DNA from: Octopus vulgaris
Lineage: Eukaryota
Direction: 5' to 3'
Length of the DNA stretch: 64,000 bases
Assembly (NCBI GenBank): GCA_951406725.2
Contig: OX597837.1
Location: 12,772,001 to 12,836,000, forward strand
Both the position numbers and the translations under genes were made by a program. The number at the start of each line of letters is the position of its first letter. The first letter of the stretch is position 1. Below the pieces are notes generated by a model. That model did not search any database. It saw nothing but the letters and a program-made list of their open reading frames with translations, and had not been told where the DNA came from. Shown here one piece after another: positions 57,163-64,000 of this stretch.

Positions 57163-58632
57163 TCATCCTTTATTTTCTAGGTTCATTGGCTCTTCCTGAG
57201 AACCGTCTTCTGCCGAATCTTCTTTGGAAATTGCCCAAGCCTGGACATCCCCTTTTGCCAATATTGCATACAGTATGGCTCCTAAAACAGAAAAAGCAGC
57301 ACACATAAATAATACATGCTGCCATTCCCTTTGTGTGCCATTTGGTGCAATTGCCCTGGCCACTAAAGGTGCAAATAAGCCAGGTAATGAAGCGAATGTA
57401 TTGCTAATTCCGAATAACACACCAGCATATCTTGGCGCCACGTCAATATGGTTGACGTTAAAACCAGACATGTGTAATGATATGCTTGCACCAGACAAAA
57501 GGAAAAGAGCGCCAGTTAGAGTGGTTTGGGAACATTCTAGAAACCCTATGGCAATAAGTAAAGAAGCTAAACAAATGAAACATAGTGACTGAATTAAAAC
57601 ACGAAAGGAGCGTTTGGACATATAATTCTTTGAAATAAACCAATCTGCAAATCTTCCAATTAATGGTAGACAGATAATTTGTCCAATAGATGGAGCAGAC
57701 GACATTAAACCGTTTGATTTGGTGTCGATATTCAGAGCTTCTTTCATATAGAGAGGTAGCAATAACTGAAAGCTGATGTCAGTCCAATTTAAACATGTGT
57801 GAGCTATGATGAGAGCCCAGACAGCAGACGATAGCATAATTTGTTTCCAAGGTATATTTTTGACTTTTTTTGTAGATGTTATATTTCGCTTTAAGTAAGA
57901 ACGTTCTCTTTGGCTGATGGTGGGATGGGTGTCCGGGTTGTCGTGAACAACATAGAACCAAACAAGACTAAACAGCAGTGTTGCTCCACCAAATATATAA
58001 AATATCGAACCCCATCCGTTGTCAAATCCATACGCACAAAGGTAACCCGAAATTAACAAACCTAAGATGCTACCTAACATCTGACCGCAAAACGTGACTC
58101 CGAGTAATATACTACTCTCCAGTGGAGGAGCCCACCTTCCCCACAAGGAGAGAACTGAAGGGAACATCGGTCCCGATACCAGCCCTGTTAATATCCTTAA
58201 TGCAACTGTGAAGTAAGCACTTATACGAGTCAGACTCGGATGAAGAATGGCAAATATAGCTGATGAGAGAAGAGTGCCACCTAAAACCGTCTTACCGCCA
58301 TATTTGTCAGCGAAAACTCCTCCGAACATAGTTGAGGCTATGTAGCCATAATAATAACCTGACAACATGTTTGACTGTAAAACATTACTCCATTCGAACT
58401 CTCCCTCAAAATTGTTGTTTAACGAATGGTTTTGTAAGCGGTGACATTGTTCGTTCTTTCTAGTAAAGTTGGCGCCATCTGTCGTACGATTGGGTGTTTT
58501 TAACATACAAACAAACGCCATACTTAGATCGATCCTTAACGCCTGCAACAGAAGCAGGGCTGTAAAACACATGTAGCATAACCTCCATCTACATGAGCAA
58601 TAATGAGAAATGCACCGAGTAAACATCGACAT
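57163..58632 (-). CDS. Sialin-like SLC17 family MFS transporter, copy 6 (489 aa, most divergent, intronless CDS)
   Basis: LRIDLS, DKYGGK, WGRWAPPLE, GWGSIFY, HPTIS..E, IPW, NHIDVAPRYAG..FGISNT; ATG 58632 aligned to paralogs. Confidence 0.93.
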   Translation of the reverse strand: MSMFTRCISHYCSCRWRLCYMCFTALLLLQALRIDLSMAFVCMLKTPNRTTDGANFTRKNEQCHRLQNHSLNNNFEGEFEWSNVLQSNMLSGYYYGYIASTMFGGVFADKYGGKTVLGGTLLSSAIFAILHPSLTRISAYFTVALRILTGLVSGPMFPSVLSLWGRWAPPLESSILLGVTFCGQMLGSILGLLISGYLCAYGFDNGWGSIFYIFGGATLLFSLVWFYVVHDNPDTHPTISQRERSYLKRNITSTKKVKNIPWKQIMLSSAVWALIIAHTCLNWTDISFQLLLPLYMKEALNIDTKSNGLMSSAPSIGQIICLPLIGRFADWFISKNYMSKRSFRVLIQSLCFICLASLLIAIGFLECSQTTLTGALFLLSGASISLHMSGFNVNHIDVAPRYAGVLFGISNTFASLPGLFAPLVARAIAPNGTQREWQHVLFMCAAFSVLGAILYAILAKGDVQAWAISKEDSAEDGSQEEPMNLENKG

Positions 58633-58994
58633 TTTGTTTTCTTCGTTCGCTCTCCTGTCTTTCTTAAATTGATACAATAATCATCCAATGCAAATAATTG
58701 TCCCGAAAAGTAGATCCAAAAATCTTTTGTTTCGCTTTCTTTTGATCCTTGCAGAATAGGAATCCAAAATATATTCTAATTTTCAATTAGTTTCCATTCA
58801 GTACGATGCCTCACTTTTTTGCGACATTTTTTTATGTAAGTGACTTGCAGATTAAATGGATTCGAGAGTATACTTCTGCAATGCGATTTGAATGTCTTCC
58901 TGGAACTACGATCAAGGTGTAATTGAACTGGTTTTAATTCTTCGCGAAAAGTACCTCTGACATATCCGGATGTATATTTGGTTATGACAACGCT

Positions 58995-59030
58995 TTATTG
59001 GTAACCTGGTAAAATAAAAAATATATATAA
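58995..59030 (-). other. Putative splice acceptor of the 5'-UTR intron of copy 6 (ttttttattttaccag|gtt, exon starts 59005)
   Basis: Pyrimidine tract plus CAG on the minus strand 373 nt upstream of the ATG. Confidence 0.4.
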
Positions 59031-59873
59031 GCTCAATGCAAATCTATAGATTAATACAGTATTGCCTACCCACCTACCTACATATTTGCTTTTTGTGTCA
59101 CACTCCAAAATATGGAACGAAATTAAAGACATAAAAACGTACATCATTTGTAAGACGTTTGACTAATAAACTAAGGAACGACATCGAAGACAATCTATCG
59201 GGGATACAACGTTTAGATTATATAAGGGACTCTAGGACGGCCAGCTGGAAGAATCGTTAACACGTCGGGTCAAATTCTTAGCGGTATTTCTTCCAGATCT
59301 TTACGCTCTGAGTTCAAATACCGCCGAGATCAACTTTGCTTTTCATCCTTTCGAGGTCGATAAAATAAAGTATCAGTCGAGTATGAGATCGATCTAATCG
59401 ACTTGCTGCCGTCCTTCAAAATAACTGGCTTTCTGACAAAATTAGGAATAATTATTTGGTATTTGTAAAACTGATAAATAGATATTCTAAAGTAAGTATA
59501 GTGTATGAGGTAAAATCTATAATGAACTTCTCCACTACACTCGACAAAACAGTAAGGAACGACTATGGATTTTTTTCTATTATACTCTTTATAATATATT
59601 TGATAAAGTTCGCCTTTTTAAGAACATGGATTCTATTGAATGTATGTAACAATTATGAACTGTTCCATTATACTGTTTATTATAAATTTTTTTTGATAAG
59701 GTTCGTTATTTCAAGAACCGAAACATGTAAAATTAAAATTTATCTAATATAGTGGCGTTTTCAAACTTCTTTTTTACAAATATATATGTGTGTATATATA
59801 TATATATGCATGTGTACGTGTGTGTGTGTGTCTGTATTAATGTATGTTAAACCCCAAACTTTATTGACCAAAC

Positions 59874-60190
59874 CAGGCCTTCAGTCACAAAGGGTCACTT
59901 TAATCACAAAGTCTTTTGAGGGCCGCCAACATACTGACAGAATTGAAAGTGTTTCGCTTTCTCGTGTAGTTATTCCAATAACGAATGAATGATTGTTGAT
60001 TCAACAGGAAATATTATCGTAGCAAAAACAGTAGCATATTTCTTTTTTACTTTTCATTACAATCTTTAAGTTTTGATAAAAAATTTTAAATGTTTGTTTA
60101 AATAAACCCATTTCAAGAAAGTATCAAGCGGGCCGCAAGATAAGTCTGTAGGCGGCATGCGACCCGTGGGCCTCAGGTTGGCCAGCCCTA
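59874..60190. mobile_element. Degenerate hAT-like MITE
   Basis: caggc..gggccgc / gcgggccgc..ggttggccagccct ends; imperfect 8-bp TSD gaccaaac/gactaaac. Confidence 0.45.
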
Positions 60191-60380
60191 GACTAAACTA
60201 ATTTACATTGAAAGAAGGCCTAAACCGAGATATTTTTTTTCAAAATTATCTGTAGAACCATAACCCAAGCTACATTATGCAACGACCCCCACCACCCAAT
60301 TTTAAACACGGATGGGTATGGTTTGAGAGATATTTACTCGCTACTTCTAAACAAGGCGAACGACCATGGGTTCGAATAAA

Positions 60381-60773
60381 TCTATATATATAAAGCTGAA
60401 GTTGTCTGTGTATGGCAGGTTTGGTAGTCTTCAACTAACACTATCTCCTCCGAGACCCTGCGGTGCAAGTTGACCAAAATTGAGAGTATGATAGAAGAAG
60501 GCTTACTCTTCCTTCCATAGAAGAAAAATTCAAATCGGACCATGTTAACACCAAAAATTATTTACATCAAAAAGGTGCTTTTTTTTTCTATGAAAATCCC
60601 GATTCTTTTACGATTTTTTGACTGCTGTGTCGCCAATTTTCGGTGTATTTCAACCAGAAAAAATGTTCACTTAAAGAGAATAACAAGCTACATAAGGCAA
60701 AATTTTTACTTTTTAAAACTTCCAATTCTAAAGGGTCGAAACAAACCCGAGCAATGCCGGGCGATACTGCTAG
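60381..60773 (+). mobile_element. Non-autonomous Helitron-like element, second copy
   Basis: A|TCTATATATATAAAGCTG ... cccgagcaatgccggg ... CTAG. Confidence 0.75.
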
Positions 60774-61134
60774 CATAGATATAAAGCTATAACAAAAACA
60801 TTACCCAAGTTGATGCTCAGTCAATTTAACGAAGAATTCATCAGAAGAGAAGTGTTTTAAAATAGTTCTTTTCAACGAAAAGCTCAACGAAATCATATAC
60901 ATACCGTGTGGTGAACAATGAACATGCTGCTACCAGTTTTGCAAAACTACTAAATTGGGTTGTTTACGGTGTATATATTATATATTACATAAATGAATGT
61001 ATACCTTTGTTACTGTAATTGTGTAACACCTTTCAATGAATCTAGGACGATCCATACAATTAGCGAGTCACCTGTTGATTTGCCGCCGTCTGCCATCTCT
61101 CTCTCTCTCTCTCTCTCCCTATCTCTCTATCTCT

Positions 61135-61189
<55 letters not shown>

Positions 61190-61529
61190 AAAAAATGAAG
61201 TTCGAAAATGCTGCTGTATTATACAATTTTTAATTTTTATATATACATTATAACATGTTTCAGTTCCTGAAATGAACCTTATCAAAAAAAGTTATATATA
61301 AAAAAAGACAGCTCATGCCGTCAAACACAAGAAATTCATTTATAATACACAACGGAGTCAGACATCTTAGAGTTCATGTATAGTTGATATATAGTTTGAA
61401 GTATATGTTCAAAGTGTTCGATGCAGTGGCCCACGGTGGCGATACGTATTCAATACAAAAAACAGATCAAAGTGGTGGAAAGCGGTCAATACAGAAGATT
61501 GATGTTTCCGAAAGAGCGAGGAATTCATT

Positions 61530-61730
61530 TTTACCTTAAGCAATTGTGATGACCCATGGTGGATGTTCGCTGGGTGGTTCTAGTGGGTTTTGTGAAGTGC
61601 TCGGTTTTATAATGCCTGTTAGGTGGTCAATCCAGCGTAGCGTGACGTCATCAACGTTTTCACCAATCGTTTCGTTAGGTGGCTTTAGTCAAGCAGAACG
61701 GGACGTCATCATTATTTTGACCAATCGCTG
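61530..61730 (-). promoter_or_regulatory. Candidate promoter and short exon 1 of copy 6
   Basis: TATAAAA on minus strand (61611-61605), TGACGTCA 61643-61650, GACGTCA 61702-61708, CCAAT at 61663 and 61721, donor AAG|GTAAAA at 61534. Confidence 0.5.
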
Positions 61731-61821
61731 CATTATAACTGCATTATAACTATATATATATACACATATATATATATATACATATACATATATACTTATA
61801 TATTGATATACATATATATAT

Positions 61822-61865
<44 letters not shown>

Positions 61866-62269
61866 GCATATACATCCTTTCGGGGTAGATAAATTAAGTA
61901 CCAGTAACGCACTGGGGTCGATGTAATCGACTTAATGTCTTTGTTTGTCCCCTCTATGTTTAGCCCCTTGTGGGCAATAAAGAAATAAGAATCGTTACCG
62001 TGCCAGATAAAATTCTTAGCGGCATTTCATCTGTCTCTGTACATTTTGAGTTCAAATTTCGCCGTGGTCGACTTAGCTTTTCACCCTTTCGGAGTCGATT
62101 AAATTAGTACCAGTCACATACTGGGGGTCTTCGTAATCGTCCAACCCTCCCTACACCCCTCCCGGACTTGCTGGCTTTGTGCCAAAATTTGAAACCAAAC
62201 CATTATTATTTATCATTATTTACATTATTTACATTTGATGGATATTTGTCCTCATCTTGTTTGTTGTTA

Positions 62270-62313
62270 ACACAACGTTTCGGCTGATATACCCTCCAGC
62301 CTTCATCAGGTGT
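62270..62313 (-). ncRNA. Well-formed minimal type I hammerhead ribozyme motif
   Basis: Minus strand: ACAC-CTGATGA-A-GGCTG-gagggtatat-CAGCC-GAAA-CG-TT-GTGT; palindromic AACGTT stem III. Confidence 0.72.
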
Positions 62314-62361
62314 CTTGGGGAAATTTCGAACTTGGGTTCTCATTCCTAATGTATTTTTCGA

Positions 62362-62443
<82 letters not shown>

Positions 62444-63324
62444 ATTATTATTATTATTCAAGTCACTACCTGGAATCGAACTTGGAATCTTGGAGTCTTT
62501 TCCATTGTTATCTATATAGTTGTTTCCATTGATAATCGGATAACAAAATACTCTTAAGAGGTAAAGGCATCTCCTCCTACTTCATCTCTCTCTCCATCTT
62601 CGATTTCTCCACTTCCTTTTTCTATTTCTTTTACGGACTATCGTCAGCCTCTAACTCAATAACACAAACACACACACACACACACTCTCTCTCACACACA
62701 CTCTCTCCCTCTCATTCTCTCTTTCTCTCTCTCCATATCATTCTCTCTCTCTATATATATATCATTCTCTCTCTCTCTCTCTATCTCCCTGCTTGCTCTC
62801 TATTCTTTCCTCTCTTCTCATTTCCATTCTTTTACTGCCTTCTCTTCCTATTCAATGTCTCACGCACATTCCGACATATTGCTTCCACGTTCTGTCTAAC
62901 GCTTTCTTTGTTCCTTGATAGACACACAGGCAGGCAGGCAGGCAGGCAGATAGACAGACAAACAAATAGACACACAGGCAGACAAACAAATAGACAGACA
63001 GACAGATAGACAGACAGACAGACAGATAGATAAACAGACATAGACATGGACAAATAGACAGATAGACAGACAGACAGATATATAGACAAATAGAGACAGA
63101 TAGATAGATAGACAGCTAGATAGACAAATAAACAGATAGACGGACAAATAGACAGAGATAGACGGATAGATAGATAGACAAATGGACGGACAGATAGACA
63201 GATAGACATGTTTATATATTTATATACATGCATGTATATATAAACACACACACACACACACACACACACACGTACATACATACTTATATGTATCTATCTC
63301 ACCCTTTTTCCGAATATTTCTTTT

Positions 63325-63361
<37 letters not shown>

Positions 63362-63448
63362 TCCCTCCCTATATATATATATTATCTCTCCCCCCCACCT
63401 CGCCCCTCCTCCTCTATCCCTTGCAGGTGTCTGGTAAGTCACATAACA

Positions 63449-63488
<40 letters not shown>

Positions 63489-63699
63489 TTCCCTCTCTCT
63501 CTCCCAGCCGACATTTTCTCCTCTACGTCATTCCCTCCCCAGCCCACCTCTGTCCACACCTGTCCACCACACCCGTCCCGTCCTGCACGTGCGTAGCAAG
63601 TCACGTGCATCTTGCTCCGAACCAAATCTTTCCGGTACATCTGAACTCTCTGGACACGAGACGAAGAACCTAAGACCATCTCTTTCGTTCCGTCTCTCT

Positions 63700-63765
<66 letters not shown>

Positions 63766-64000
63766 CTTTCACTCCATCTCTTTCCCGTTAGACTTTCAAT
63801 TTCTCCTTCTCTCTTTCTCTTTCTCTCTGTCTTTCCTCTCTCCTCCATACCTTTCTCACCCCTTCCTTCTTTCCTCTCTCTCTCTCTCTCTCCCTTCGCC
63901 CCACCTGAAAGCCTTTCATCTTCCCTCTACCACCTCCCTCTCTCTCTCACACATTTCACCTCTGTTCCACCCTACTCCTCCCCTCTCTCTCCTTAATCTC

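Overview
AT-rich, microsatellite-laden eukaryotic DNA, very probably from an octopus or related cephalopod (inferred from the SINE/Penelope/microsatellite landscape and the gene content). The window holds a tandem cluster of six sialin-like SLC17 (MFS anion:cation symporter) genes whose coding regions have no introns: five on + (the second is a double-frameshift pseudogene) and one more divergent copy on -. Paralog comparison reveals a non-coding first exon, a 5'-UTR intron and a long 5'-UTR for each + copy, plus a compact TATA/CRE/CCAAT promoter candidate for the - copy. The proteins lack the TM4 glutamates used by sialin/VGLUT and instead carry new Asp residues in TM1 and, variably, TM7, which suggests a rewired transport chemistry diversifying by duplication and gene conversion. 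Introns and intergenic DNA are filled with two truncated Penelope-like retroelements, many Penelope-type termini with minimal hammerhead ribozyme motifs, three tRNA-derived SINE families, Helitron-like elements, MULE/mariner/hAT remnants, minisatellites and several long hairpins. One 158-nt hairpin is present twice as flip/flop isomers. Most short ORFs in the track are microsatellite artefacts. All alignments were done by eye and no database searches were run.
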